From positions 117,676,001 to 117,740,000 of the forward strand of contig OX597822.1 in the NCBI GenBank assembly GCA_951406725.2: a stretch of DNA of 64,000 bases, given 5' to 3'. A model generated the notes under the pieces. That model was not told the DNA's origin and searched no databases. It was given only the letters and a program-made list of their open reading frames with translations. Source of the stretch: Octopus vulgaris (taxonomy: Eukaryota). Made by a program: the position numbers and the translations under genes. Shown in pieces: positions 40,295 through 53,049 of the stretch (position 1 is the stretch's first letter; each line of letters opens with the position of its first letter).

Positions 40295-41215
40295 AGAGGA
40301 GGGTGGGAGGGAAAGAGCAGGAGAAATAAGGGAGAAAGAGTGATATAGAGAGAGAAATAAAGAGAAAAGGGGAGGAAAGGAAGAATAGGAGGGGGAAGAG
40401 GGGTGGAGGGAGAGGTTGTGAGACATAGTGAGTGATAGATAAAGAGTAGGAGAGATACAGGGAAAGAGAGAGAGGGTGGGAGAGAAAGGAAGAAAGTGGG
40501 CGAGAAAGGGGGGAGAATTTGAGAGTGACAGTGAGAGTGATATAGAAAGTGTGAAGGAAAAAGAGGAGAGAGGAGGGAGAGAGTGGAAAGAGGGGAAGAG
40601 GGAAAACGAGGGTAGGAGAGAGAGAGTTAGTGTGACGTAGAGATTGATAGAGAGTGGTCAAGGGAGGTAAAAAGGAAGAGAGAGGTTTAGGGAGGAGGAG
40701 AAAGGGCGAGAAAATAGGGAGGGAGAAATAGAGACATTGAAAGTGATGTAGAAAGAGCAAGGGAGATAGAGAGGGAGAGAGAAAGAAGGAGAAGGAGAGG
40801 AAGGGAAAGAGAAAGAGGAAAGGAAAGAAAAGGGGTAAATGAGGGAGGGGGAGAGAGGTAGTCTGACAGAGATAGTGATAGAGTAAGATCTGGAGAAATA
40901 GAGAAAGAGAGAGAGAGAGAGAGAGGGAGGAAGGAGAGACCAAGGAAGGAAAAGGGCAAGAGAAGAGGGAGAGAGAAGTAGAGAGAAAATGTAAGAGTGA
41001 TATAGAAAGAGCGAGGGCGAGGAGAGAGAGAGAGAGAGACGGAGCGAGGAAGAGGAAGGAAAAAGGAAAGGGAAAAGAGGGAAAACGAGGGAGGGTGTGA
41101 GGGGTAGTATAACAAAGTGTAATAGAGAGTGAGTGAGACATGAAAGAGGGATAGGTTGAGATAGTATAAGAGAGAGAGGAGGGAGAAGGGAGAGAAGGAG
41201 GCAGAGATCAGAGAG
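40295..41215. repeat. Purine-rich low-complexity tract
   Basis: About 900 bp of mostly G/A with no simple period. Confidence 0.9.
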
Positions 41216-41736
41216 TTTGAGTTGTTATTACTTTGCTGTCAAAGAGGATAGCAACATGTCTGACACATGAATCTAAAGTGACAGTTTATCAGCAGCCCGT
41301 TTATTATTGATCAGTAAGCCGCTCAAAGATAATATCATCGGATTAACAGCAGAATCGGTTGGTACTGATATTGGTTTGTTCAGCTTGTGACAGTATGTGA
41401 GAGTAGTCTCCGTCCGCCGACCAGTTTGCCAGAAAAAAATGTACGCATGCATACATACATGCATGCATCTATGTATGTATGCATGTATGTATGTGTGTAC
41501 GGATGGATGGATGGCTGCACGGATGGTTGAATGGATGAAAGGATTAATTTTTGGATGTACGTATGTTTGACTATTATGTATGTTTTTTTTCTTGTCAATG
41601 GAAGATGATCCGGTTTGCACCCCGGATCCGAAGCTCTTCCAACAACATGAATAGGGTAATTGTGTGTGTATATATATGCAAGTACTTGATGTCAGTGCAT
41701 GTGCAGATCTGCATATTTTGTTTTATGTATGTGCAC

Positions 41737-42379
41737 TTATATATATAGTTGCAAGTCTAGATGCGTACATGTGTACATATATGCTAAATTTTGGAAAGTT
41801 TTACTAATGCTTTGTCTTCTGATTAGCTTTCTCCCTTCTAGTTTTGGGACCGTAATTTTCAAGATCGGTGCTGAAGCAGTTGGTTTCCTACCGTAGTTTC
41901 TCAAAGAAAATACGCGTATAAACCTGAACTTGTAATCCGGGTGGAGTAAATATCTCCGTAGTTTAGTGGAAGTGTTTTCTTTGCCGCTAATCTCAAGCTT
42001 TATCTTGGTATCTGCTGAGTAAACTTTCACTACTCTACATAGTTTCTCTTTTCTATCCGGTATATCACGTTCACATTTTATTGACATTTTCACTGGGATA
42101 TTACACCAGTACTCCTGCATTGTATGAATGCTTATAATCTCTACCGCATTGTGGGTTACTGTATCTTTGGTTCTTCTGACGGATCTCATCGTACTGTGGA
42201 TAGGCCATAACACTGCGTCTCATAACATAGCATGATGGCATTTTCGGACATTACAATGTTATCAAAGTCTCAATCATCACATTTCGGTGCTTATCCTCTG
42301 CCTACGTCTCTTTTTGTGCAACAGCAATTTGATTGCTATCTCCTGTTCGTGGATTAGAAATGCATACCTTTCAAATTAA
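41737..42379 (-). mobile_element. RLE-type LINE remnant related to the 34.4 kb copy, ending at a Helitron
   Basis: EYWCNIPVKMSIKCE..PD...ADTKIKLEISGKEN...LLHPDYKFRFI. Confidence 0.65.
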
Positions 42380-42773
42380 CTAGCAGTATCGCCCGGCGTT
42401 GCTCGGGTTTGTTTCGACCCTTTAGAATTGGAATTTTTGAAAAGTAATAATTTTGCATTATGTAGCTTGTTATTCTCTTTAAGTGAACATTTTTCTGGTT
42501 GAAATACACCAAAAAATGGCGACACAGCAGTCAAACAATAGTAAAAAATAGGGATTTTTATAGAAAAAAACCTCACCTTTTTGATGTAAATAATGTTTGG
42601 TGTTAACATGGTCCGATTTGAATTCTTTCTTCTACAAAATGAAGAGCAAGCTTTCTTCTATCATACTCTCAATTTTGGTCAACTTGTGCCGCAGGGTCTC
42701 GGAGGAGATAGTGTTAGTTGAAGGCAACCAAACCTGCGACACACAGACAACTTCAGCTTTATATAGAGAGAGA
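42380..42773 (-). mobile_element. Non-autonomous Helitron, family H2
   Basis: A|TC ... hairpin CTAG|T, no target-site duplication. Confidence 0.87.
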
Positions 42774-43178
42774 TGTTCAGTGATCCTCTTACTGATCGGC
42801 AAGTGACTGCTTTTATCATCAAGGTTGCCGTCATTGTTGATCATTCCTTCTCCTGAGTGTATGTTGAAGTAGAGTCAGCCAACTTTGGGTATGCACTCAT
42901 GATCAGGAGACAAGGAATATTCTTCGAGAAGATGCTTTCCAAGTGTCGTGATGTTATTTGCTTCGTGTATGCAAACTTGGCCGGTGGATTCACTTCGATG
43001 CAAAGCATCTGCCCTCCTTGTTTCCGCTCTAGATGAAGGCGATCTAAAGGCACCGTTGATGGGAAAATTATTGAACTGGTCAATGTGATTTGAGTTTGTA
43101 CACTAGCGGTTCGGACATCATCTAGTATCGAAACGAGTATCCCAAATACAAATCAGTCCCACTGCCCCCGCGCTGACC

Positions 43179-43271
<93 letters not shown>

Positions 43272-43311
43272 AGCAGGTTGAGTCAAAACCTTTTTCGTAA
43301 TTCAATCTTCA

Positions 43312-43425
<114 letters not shown>

Positions 43426-43545
43426 ATAAAACTAACTGAATTTTTATTTTTAGATATAAATGATGTACTTAAATGTAGTTGTGTTTTTTAGCTTCTATTT
43501 TTTCCATGATCACATGTGAGTATTTTATTTATGTTCCCTCGTAAG

Positions 43546-43605
43546 CTCTACTGACGAAGAATGAATCCTTTATAGGATTAATTCCGAAATTGATTCAATA
43601 TAAAG
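43546..43605 (+). ncRNA. Hammerhead-like ribozyme, canonical CUGACGA core
   Basis: CUCUA CUGACGA long stem II (AAUCCU/AGGAUU) GAAA UUGAUUCAA UA^ UAAAG. Confidence 0.65.
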
Positions 43606-43733
43606 ATAACGAAATATAAATTTTCTAATGGTTAGTTGCCCGATTTCAGTTCAATTTTCCTGTAACAAGTGGATTATAAGTGGATAATCAGTATATTGGC
43701 TTTAGAATAATCTTCTTTAGCCCTTGCTTATAA

Positions 43734-43779
<46 letters not shown>

Positions 43780-43793
<14 letters not shown>

Positions 43794-44291
43794 TGTAGTT
43801 GTGTGAGTGTCTGTCCCCTTCGATTTAGATTCCTAACTACTCCCACATTTTGCGGTGCAGTTTAACCAAATTCGGGTATCTTATAGTCGTGATTAATATC
43901 GAGCCCGTCTGAGTATTAGCGCGCGTCTACGATGAGTCTACGATTTTAAAAATAATTTAACATCATTTTTTATTCCATTTTAATGCATAATTTTTCGTGT
44001 CGATGGCGGCGGAGTTGGCGCCCACGCTCAAACACCTGCACCTGTGTTTGCTTCTCCCCCTTCTTCCCTCCCTCGTGAAGCTGTGGGGAAGGGAGTTTAA
44101 GGAAATCAACGTCGTAATGCGTTGTCAAGGAGACCAGCGTTCTTTTAGAACAACGACTTTATGGCTTGAAGACACCAAAAGAGAAATGGCTAAGAAAGCC
44201 CGAATTAGCATCTATAAGGGAAGTAACTCTCTAAAAATGCTTATATAGTTATTTCCCTTACAAACCCGAGCAACGCCGGGCGATACTGCTA

Positions 44292-44292
<1 letters not shown>
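43780..44292 (+). mobile_element. Non-autonomous Helitron, family H1 (longer variant)
   Basis: Same 5' body and 3' hairpin-CTAG|T as the 30.7 kb copy, with extra internal sequence. The 5' end is lost in (TA)n. Confidence 0.85.
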
Positions 44293-44354
<62 letters not shown>

Positions 44355-45473
44355 TGCACACACACACACGCGCGCGCGTTTATATATAGCAGCATCAGCA
44401 TCAAACAGTGATGAACAAACGAATTCTAGGTTAGTTAAATTAGGCGATATTCTTCAACTTCTAAAGGCAAATTGACAGCAGTTGCCGTTGGGGAAAAGAA
44501 TTCTCTCTCATAGCAAGAGACTGGCTTAGAGAAGAACAGCGGTTGAAGGACTCCACAAACGATAAAATCCTGGATATTGGATTTTGGAAAAGGTGTAAAC
44601 CACAAAAACTGCCCTTTCTCCACGGCAACTGCAGTGAATTTCTCACAGACATATTTCAATTAACCTGAAATTCGTTTATTCTTCATCCCTGCATGTATGT
44701 ATGTATGTATGTATGTATGTATGTATGTATGTATTTATGTATGTATGTATGTATGTATGTATGTATGTATGTATGTATGTATGTATGTATGCATGTATGT
44801 ATGTATGCATGTATGTATGTGTGTACGGATGGATGGATGGCTGCACGGATGGTTGAATGGATGAAAGGATTAATTTTTGGATGTACGTATGTTTGACTAT
44901 TATGTATGTTTTTTTTCTTGTCAATGGAAGATGATCCGGTTTGCACCCCGGATCCGAAGCTCTTCCAACAACATGAATAGGGTAATTGTGTGTGTATATA
45001 TATGCAAGTACTTGATGTCAGTGCATGTGCAGATCTGCATATTTTGTTTTATGTATGTGCACTTATATATATATAGATGCGTACATGTGTACTTATATGC
45101 TAAATTTTGGAAAGTTTTACTAATGCTTTGTCTTCTGATTAGCTTTCTCCCTTCTAGTTTTGGGAACCGTAATTTTCAAGATCGGTGCTGAAGCAGTTGG
45201 TTTTCTACCGTAGTTTCTCAAAGAAAATACGCGTATAAACCTGAACTTGTAATCCGGGTGGAGTAAATATCTCCGTAGTTTAGTGGAAGTGTTTTCTTTG
45301 CCGCTAATCTCAAGCTTTATCTTGGTATCTGCTGAGTAAACTTTCACTACTCTACATAGTTTCTCTTTTCTATCCGGTATTTTAATTTTGTCCAGGCGGT
45401 CCGCGAGCTCAACTCATTCACTGATGTTGATTGTGTTTAGATAAAGCTACGGCTTTGAATCTTTCTTCGGCAT

Positions 45474-45518
45474 TTCCCGCTGAGGGCTGCTTAAGAAACA
45501 GAAACGCATATCTGGGAA
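45474..45518 (+). ncRNA. Decayed hammerhead-like motif
   Basis: UUCCCG CUGAGGG ... GAAA CGCAUA UC^ UGGGAA; A9G change. Confidence 0.45.
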
Positions 45519-45660
45519 TCCGCTAGAAGGTCGCGCACTAGGCAGCTATGATGCTTTTACACATTTTAGTAGAAGAGAAAATTTTTTCTCTTCACGGTAA
45601 CTCCACTAAATTTATCTTTAGAAGCTAAAATATGTTACAAACATTTTATCGAACCTAAAG

Positions 45661-45720
<60 letters not shown>

Positions 45721-45721
<1 letters not shown>

Positions 45722-46567
45722 CTTAGATAAAACTTAGATATGTTTCGACCAACGATTGGTCCAGGCCACGTCTAACTTAATAGCACCACCTGATAGGATT
45801 ATATGAATCCTGTTTAAGTCAAGTTTTGTTTATGGTCCATTCAAGTAGTGAGTTTCTGTTGGGTGAGTTGTATCCAATTATGGGTGGCTTATCTGGTATT
45901 TCTTGAAGGATTCTATCCAGACTCCGTTTAAAGTTGATGGGATCCTGTTCCTCTTCGATCTTTTTCGGGACGATGTTAAATAGGGCAGGGCCTGTTGAGG
46001 AAAAGAAATTATGTTGTAGTGTACATGTATGCTGTGATCTTGAATTGGGCTGGGGACGTATGGCCCGTGGTCCCAGTCTTGGATGAACCTTGAAGCTAAT
46101 GTTCAGGTCGTTTGGGCAAAGTTGGTGGTATATTCTCCACATCGTACAAATGATGTACTGCTCACGGCGACGCTGGAGAGAGTAGAGTTTCAAGGCTTTA
46201 AGGCGATCCCAATAATCGAGAGCAGCCGTGCCTTCAATACGTTTACTGAGTGCTCTCTGGGGTGATTCAATCCTCGAGATGTTTTGTCTTGTATGGGGAG
46301 ACCACAGTGGGCAGCAGTATTCGAGGTGTGGCCGTACAAAGGAGGAGAAATGTGGTATGATGACACCTTATTCTCTGGACCGGAAAGTTCTTAAGATCCA
46401 GGAACTCATCCTACGAGCTATATCGACCTTCTTGTTGATGTGTGCACTCCAACTGAGATCGTCATCAACAATTACACCCAGGTCTCTGATATTGTTAGAG
46501 GCTGTGAGCGAAGGAAGAGAGTATGGCTGTTTTAGTGAGGAATTTCTTCCAAAATGCATCAGCTGAA
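45721..46567 (-). mobile_element. 5'-truncated CR1-group LINE (different family): RT C-terminus and 3'UTR
   Basis: RDLGVIVD, WILRTF, RPHLEYCCPLWSP, LYSLQRRRE, IPDKP, with one internal stop. The 3' end has a hairpin and TATCTAAGT repeats. (TA)n on both sides. Confidence 0.88.
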
Positions 46568-46686
46568 ATATATATATATATATATATATATGCTCATGGT
46601 AATGCTATACCACTTCGTAATAATCCTTATTATTATTATTATTGTTGATATACACACGCACGCACACATACACACATACGTGTATA

Positions 46687-47387
<701 letters not shown>

Positions 47388-47409
47388 ATTATATATACAT
47401 ATGTATGTA

Positions 47410-47630
47410 TGGGTATGTGTTTTTATGTTTGTGTTTGTCTGCTGTCATTGCTTAAAAAACCGATGCTGGTTTGCATACATCCCCATAGCCAAGCGGTTCG
47501 GCGAAAAGAATCCGATAGAAAAATACCAGACTTGAATAAGTACCGTGGTCGATTCGTTCGACTAAGCCCTCCAAGCAGTGCCCCGGCATGGCCGCAGTCC
47601 AGTTATTGAAACGAGTAAAAAATAAAAGAA
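47410..47630 (+). mobile_element. SINE family A, 3' half
   Basis: CCGATGCTGG...GCATGGCCGCAGTC...GTAAAA. Confidence 0.75.
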
Positions 47631-48004
47631 ATGATAAAAATTATTGAAGTAGATAAATGTATATAAGAGAGTTCGAAGTAACTTCAGTAAGTTTCGTTGC
47701 TCTAATGTTTGGAGAACCTAAGGTCTTGAGTTCGTGCTTATCTTCTGAGATTAAGAAACAGAGTCCGATATTAGCCATGAAGGTCAAGTGACATCATCAT
47801 TAACAAAGTATGAAGTGTTTGGTGTTTCTGATTATCGGACGCTGCCTACCTCGAATTTATAGGCATTTTATCGACAACCCATATATTGCTTGAAGTGTAA
47901 TGTAAATATGAGGAAGATAGAAACACTTGTGTCGTTCTAGTCTAGGAAACAGAATTTAAGATGTTTTTGTATGTATAATTCTCGTCGCCATTTTTTTTTA
48001 TTTA

Positions 48005-48306
48005 ATCGCCCTTTTCAAACCTAGCCAGGTTCATGGGCCCGGTTTCCCAGTTTCTATGGCATGTGTGTTTCCCAGCTGGACGGGACGCCAGTCCATCGCA
48101 GCATTACCCAAGAAACAGGAAGAAAGAGTGAGAGAAAGTTGGGGTGAAAGAGTACAACAGGGTCGCCACCCCCACCCCCTGCCGGAGCCTCGAGGAGCTT
48201 TTAGGTGTTTTCGCTCAATAAACACACGCAACACCCGGTCAGGGAATCGGAACCGCGATCCTCCGACCGCGAGTCCGCGGCCCTACCCAATGGGCCATTG
48301 CGCCTC
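48005..48306 (-). mobile_element. SINE family C (tail type 3, V-domain-like)
   Basis: Same head and body; the tail contains GCGATGGACTGGCGTCCCGTCCAG. Confidence 0.85.
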
Positions 48307-48558
48307 CCGTCGCCAGTTAGTTCCTACAATAATATGACTTTGCTTATACCTTCATCGATACCAGTGAAAAAACACAGAATGAAACACACATTTATTCACT
48401 CTCTTTCTTTCCCTATTTATTTCTTCTGTCTCACACAACCACGTTGCAGGCACACGCATTCAAGCTCAAACACATCCAAGCATAGCAGCACGCATGGTCA
48501 CATGTACATTATATGTATGTGCATACACATACATACGTACATACATACATACATACAT

Positions 48559-48632
<74 letters not shown>

Positions 48633-48634
<2 letters not shown>

Positions 48635-49334
48635 GGGAGGTGACGGCAGCAGGGAGGGCCAAAAGGATGAGGAAAGCATCCAGAGCCAAATGGAGAAGCC
48701 TGGAACACAGGGAAACGATGACACATGTCCAGCTTCCAACACCACAACTGAAGACCAAAGAGGTGCGATGGCCGCAAGAAAGGAAAGGCACCCTGGAATT
48801 GATGGGAAGCAGGAGGTAAAGGGTGACAGAATCAAGGCTAAAGGAAGCCCTGTCCAGAGAAAGCAGAGGGACCCCAGCAAAAACTGTAAGGGCAGGGAAA
48901 GAAGCACCTGCAAATTCTACCTGAGGGGGGACTGCTGGTACGGCGTTGAAGGTGCAAACTGTCGCTTTGCACATCGGAGGCCCTACCGAAACCGCACGGA
49001 CGCGAGACAGAAGTCCCTCCCTCAGGGAGAACAAAAACAAAAACAAAAAGAAAAAGTTAAAAGAAGGGAAAAAAGCGCACTGACCACTACTGAAAGACGG
49101 TATGCAGATGTGGTGCGCGGAAACCCAATAGGTGGCCAGCTTCACCCAGATGTGAGAAGGGCGGCAGCTGAACAGCAGTCTTTTTTGTGCATGGCACAAA
49201 AAATTGTTCAGCAGCTGACCTGGCTACAAGCACAAAGCTGGAACTACCACCACATAAGGCCACCTCCAACAGATGCAGGATGGCCACCACAGACACCAAC
49301 ACCAACACACACACCACAAAAATATTTCTACTGA
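48633..49334 (+). CDS. LINE ORF1 with CCCH-type zinc finger (possibly 5'-truncated)
   Basis: 233-aa basic ORF containing [22 protein letters not shown] (C-x7-C-x8-C-x3-H). It overlaps the start of ORF2. The ATG abuts the (TA)n tract. Confidence 0.75.
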
Positions 49335-50206
49335 ATGTAGGAGGGCTGCTGCGCGGAAACTGTAAAAAGAAAATTTCATTCCTGAGAGACCTTGTGACAT
49401 GCAATCAAGCTATATGCATGGCACTCACAGAAACGCATCTTGAACCCGATATAGGTGATGCAGAAATACACATGCCGCAATATGCAGTCATACGCACAGA
49501 TAGAAAAGGGAGGAGCCATGGTGGAGTTGCAATGTACATCCGAGATGACCTCACGCCCCAGGTCCTGCTGTCATATTCAAACTCAGTATGTGAAACTCAA
49601 ATTGTACACATAAGACAACTGAATATCGTCATATGCACTACATATCGCCCACCAGATGCCCCAAAACACTCAGGCATGTTTGAAGACTGCCTAACAAAAA
49701 TAGGAGAAGTCCTCACCAACCTTGAACAGCACAACAGTGTATTCTTCATGGGTGACTTTAACCTCCCCAATGTGGAATGGCCTGGGGGGCAGATGCTCCC
49801 AGGGATGACACACCATCAGCAGGCACAGGTGGAGTCCCTGCTCCATCTCACAAATGCCTCTTTCATGGAGCAAATAGTTCTGCAACCAACAAGGGCAGAT
49901 AATATACTGGATCTCTGCTTCACAAACAATATGGATATTATCCATAATGTTAATGTGATGCCGACAATGATCTCGGATCACAACATAATAGAGCTGTCTA
50001 TGTATGGAACAAAAACCCCAGCAGACACACAGCCTATACGAAGCACCCACCATCTCTCCAACTTAAACTTTCATAAAGCCAACTGGAAGTCGATTGAGAA
50101 AGAGATCCTCAAACAGGATTGGCCTGAATGTCTCTCCACACCGGACATAAACATGAAACACAAACACTTCATGTCCATAATACAAGCCATATGTGACAAA
50201 AATTGA
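49187..50206 (+). CDS. LINE ORF2 N-terminal apurinic-like endonuclease (APE)
   Basis: Motifs LLNVGGL, ALTETHL, RKGRSHGGVAMY, TYRPP, MGDFN, NILDLCF, SDHN. The likely real start is MATT near 49280. The frame ends at the junction near 50200. Confidence 0.92.
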   Translation: MHGTKNCSAADLATSTKLELPPHKATSNRCRMATTDTNTNTHTTKIFLLNVGGLLRGNCKKKISFLRDLVTCNQAICMALTETHLEPDIGDAEIHMPQYAVIRTDRKGRSHGGVAMYIRDDLTPQVLLSYSNSVCETQIVHIRQLNIVICTTYRPPDAPKHSGMFEDCLTKIGEVLTNLEQHNSVFFMGDFNLPNVEWPGGQMLPGMTHHQQAQVESLLHLTNASFMEQIVLQPTRADNILDLCFTNNMDIIHNVNVMPTMISDHNIIELSMYGTKTPADTQPIRSTHHLSNLNFHKANWKSIEKEILKQDWPECLSTPDINMKHKHFMSIIQAICDKN

Positions 50207-51755
50207 GTACATCAACATCGAAGAAGATGATATCACACTAGCCATTGATGAGATTGACACAAACTCAGCTGCTGGACCTGATGGATTCCCAGCGATCCTT
50301 CTCAAATCGTGCAAACGAGCCCTTGCAAAACCGCTACAGCTTCTTTTTCAGAGCTTTCTTGCAAGTGGTAAGCTCCCAGTCAAACTGAAAGAGGGAGTAA
50401 TATGCCCTATCCATAAGGGAGGTAGCAGAGCAGATGCTAAAAATTATAGGCCTATCTCTCTGACCTCACACATCAGCAAAGTCATGGAACGAATAGTCCG
50501 TAAGAAACTAATCATGTTCCTTGAAGAAAATGACTTACTGTCTGACACCCAGCATGGATTTCGACCAGGTAGAGGCTGCCTAACACAGCTCCTGCAACAC
50601 TATGACTGGGTGTTGAAACAGCTACTAAATGGCTCAAATGTGGATGTAATATATCTCGACTTTGCAAAAGCCTTTGATAAAGTCGACCATGGTATGATCT
50701 GTCACAAACTGCGTGGTCTCGGCATAGGCGGGAAACTTGGAGAGTGGCTGCACAACTTTCTAAAAGACAGAAAACAGGCAGTTGTGAGCAATGGAGCCAC
50801 CTCCAAGGAAACGCAAATAACAAGCGGTGTCCCACAGGGCACTGTCTTGGGGCCACTGATGTTCATAGTGACCCTTTCAGACATGCCTTCAGTTGCTACG
50901 ATGACCACCCTTGCTAGCTATGCAGATGACACAAAAGTCTCCCACGCAATACAAAACACTGAAAATATTGCGCATCTGCAACATGAGCTGGACACAATAT
51001 ACAGGTGGGCTGAGGACAACAACATGCAGTTTAATGCAGGTAAGTTCCAGGCCCTGCGCTACTGGCACACAAAGGTAAATGACGTGAAGACTGGATACAC
51101 TGGCCCAGGAAGAATTGCAATCCCTGAGTCAAAATCAGTGCGTGACATGAGCAATGATGCATCTTTCCAAATGCATATTGCTAATCTGGTGATAAAATGC
51201 AGACGGCTAGCTGGATGGATTCTCCGAACTTTCAGAACAAGAGAGAAGGAGACACTGATGGTCCTATGGAAAACATTCGTCCTCAGCCGCTTGGACTACT
51301 GCTCCCAACTTTGGTCACCACACAATATAAAACAAACAGCAGAACTCGAAGCAACTCAGAGAAGCTACACAAAGAAAATCGTCTCAATGCAAAATGTCAG
51401 CTACTGGGAAAGACTGAAGGTATTAAACCTCTTCTCCCTGGAGCGGAGGCGGGAGAGATATGCAGTGATATACATCTGGAAAATCCTGGAGGGTCTTGTC
51501 CCAAACTTTGGCATTCAAAGTTACTCCAACCGCAGAACGGGGCGCCGCTGCGTGGTGCCAAGGATTCCAACATCACCATTAAAATACAGGTCCAGATACT
51601 GCAACAGCTTGGGTTTCAGAGGACCACAGCTCTTTAACATCCTCCCTAAATGCCTGAGAGACTTACATCGTGTGGATGTGGATTTCTTTAAAACTAAACT
51701 GGATCTCTTCTTGTTGGGAGTCCCAGATGAACCTACCTCACGACAGGAGACATGA
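50193..51755 (+). CDS. LINE ORF2 reverse transcriptase domain and C-terminus
   Basis: AAGPDGF, NYRPISLTS, QHGFR, YLDFAKAFDKVDH, SGVPQGTVLGP, YADD, LDYCSQLWSP, SLERRRER. Confidence 0.95.
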   Translation: MTKIEYINIEEDDITLAIDEIDTNSAAGPDGFPAILLKSCKRALAKPLQLLFQSFLASGKLPVKLKEGVICPIHKGGSRADAKNYRPISLTSHISKVMERIVRKKLIMFLEENDLLSDTQHGFRPGRGCLTQLLQHYDWVLKQLLNGSNVDVIYLDFAKAFDKVDHGMICHKLRGLGIGGKLGEWLHNFLKDRKQAVVSNGATSKETQITSGVPQGTVLGPLMFIVTLSDMPSVATMTTLASYADDTKVSHAIQNTENIAHLQHELDTIYRWAEDNNMQFNAGKFQALRYWHTKVNDVKTGYTGPGRIAIPESKSVRDMSNDASFQMHIANLVIKCRRLAGWILRTFRTREKETLMVLWKTFVLSRLDYCSQLWSPHNIKQTAELEATQRSYTKKIVSMQNVSYWERLKVLNLFSLERRRERYAVIYIWKILEGLVPNFGIQSYSNRRTGRRCVVPRIPTSPLKYRSRYCNSLGFRGPQLFNILPKCLRDLHRVDVDFFKTKLDLFLLGVPDEPTSRQET

Positions 51756-51901
51756 ATGCGGGCAGCAGCATCGAACTCCCTTGTTGATCAAGTGCCACGT
51801 ATCAGAGGAGGATTCACAAACTAGTGTAGCTCATTCAGCGGTGGTGCCCCAGCATGGCCGCGGCCTTCGGGCTAAAACATTTTTATGGATTAAGGATTTA
51901 A

Positions 51902-52011
<110 letters not shown>

Positions 52012-52114
52012 GAAAAATACAAACTGGGACAAGAACGTAAAACATTTAGAAGACGATACAAAAAACACGGACGGGACTATCTCTAATTTAATTTATATAT
52101 ATATATATACATAT

Positions 52115-52330
52115 ATATAATGGGAAGGTTTACGAAAATAAACAAAAGACGAAGGCAGGTGGAGTACAAACAAACAATTGTATTAGTATGGCGCTCAGGA
52201 ATAGAAATAGAACAAGTCTTTTACGTTTCGAGCCTACGCCTTCAACAGAAAGATACACAGAAAAAAACAAGGAGAGAAACATGGAGAGAAAAAAATGCGT
52301 GTAGGAGCTAACGACCTATCATGGCGTCCT
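52115..52330 (-). mobile_element. PLE pLTR-like repeat, second copy
   Basis: Closely similar to 11700-11965. Confidence 0.7.
52217..52253 (-). ncRNA. Minimal hammerhead-like ribozyme, CUGUUGA core (copy 2)
   Basis: UCUUU CUGUUGA A GGC-GUAG-GCUC GAAA CG UA^ AAAGA. Confidence 0.6.
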
Positions 52331-52382
52331 GACCATGATAGATGTATATATATATGTATATATGTATGTATATATATATATT

Positions 52383-52451
<69 letters not shown>

Positions 52452-53049
52452 GTATATTTTTATGAAATAGTGTTACTATAGATTTAACGTAAGGTAATGT
52501 CACGGTCCAAGTTAGAACGCTTAGAGTAAAAAGTTCTGAAAAAAAAAATTGAAGCTTTGTACCGGTGCATCTCAAGATGAGTCTTGTAACAAAAAAAAAT
52601 TACAAAATAAAGGCAAATGTTAACGGTACAAATCAGAATTAGTGAGGGCTTTGAGGGATAGGAAGCGGGTGGGGGAGGTCATTAAGTACAGAAAATGGTA
52701 AGTGGCACTATGATAGAATAAGAAAACTAAAGGTATAAGGCGAGGTACTTTTGCATTTTTTCATAAACTTCTCATTATTTGACCATGCCCTCGTTAAGAG
52801 AATAACAAACATAATTAGAGAAATTCCTGTTTTTTCTGAAGGGCTCACCCCCCCACCACCTCCACTGGAAATTACTGACACCCCCAGGTTAAAAACGACT
52901 ACTCTAAGTAATCAATTAGAATTTATTTCAGTTCACTGATTCTACCTACCAGTTAGCATAAATAAATCGTGATGTCGGATATCGTTATTGATAATAAACA
53001 CAAAAGAGTACGCAGGCCTTTGTGATAGCAATACTATAGATATCAGAAG

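Noticed and set aside
40266-41141. 291-aa L/S/P/F-rich ORF
   Set aside because: Stop-free only because the strand is polypyrimidine.
48498-49404. Minus-strand ORFs of 233 and 105 aa
   Set aside because: Antisense shadows of LINE ORF1 with no motifs.
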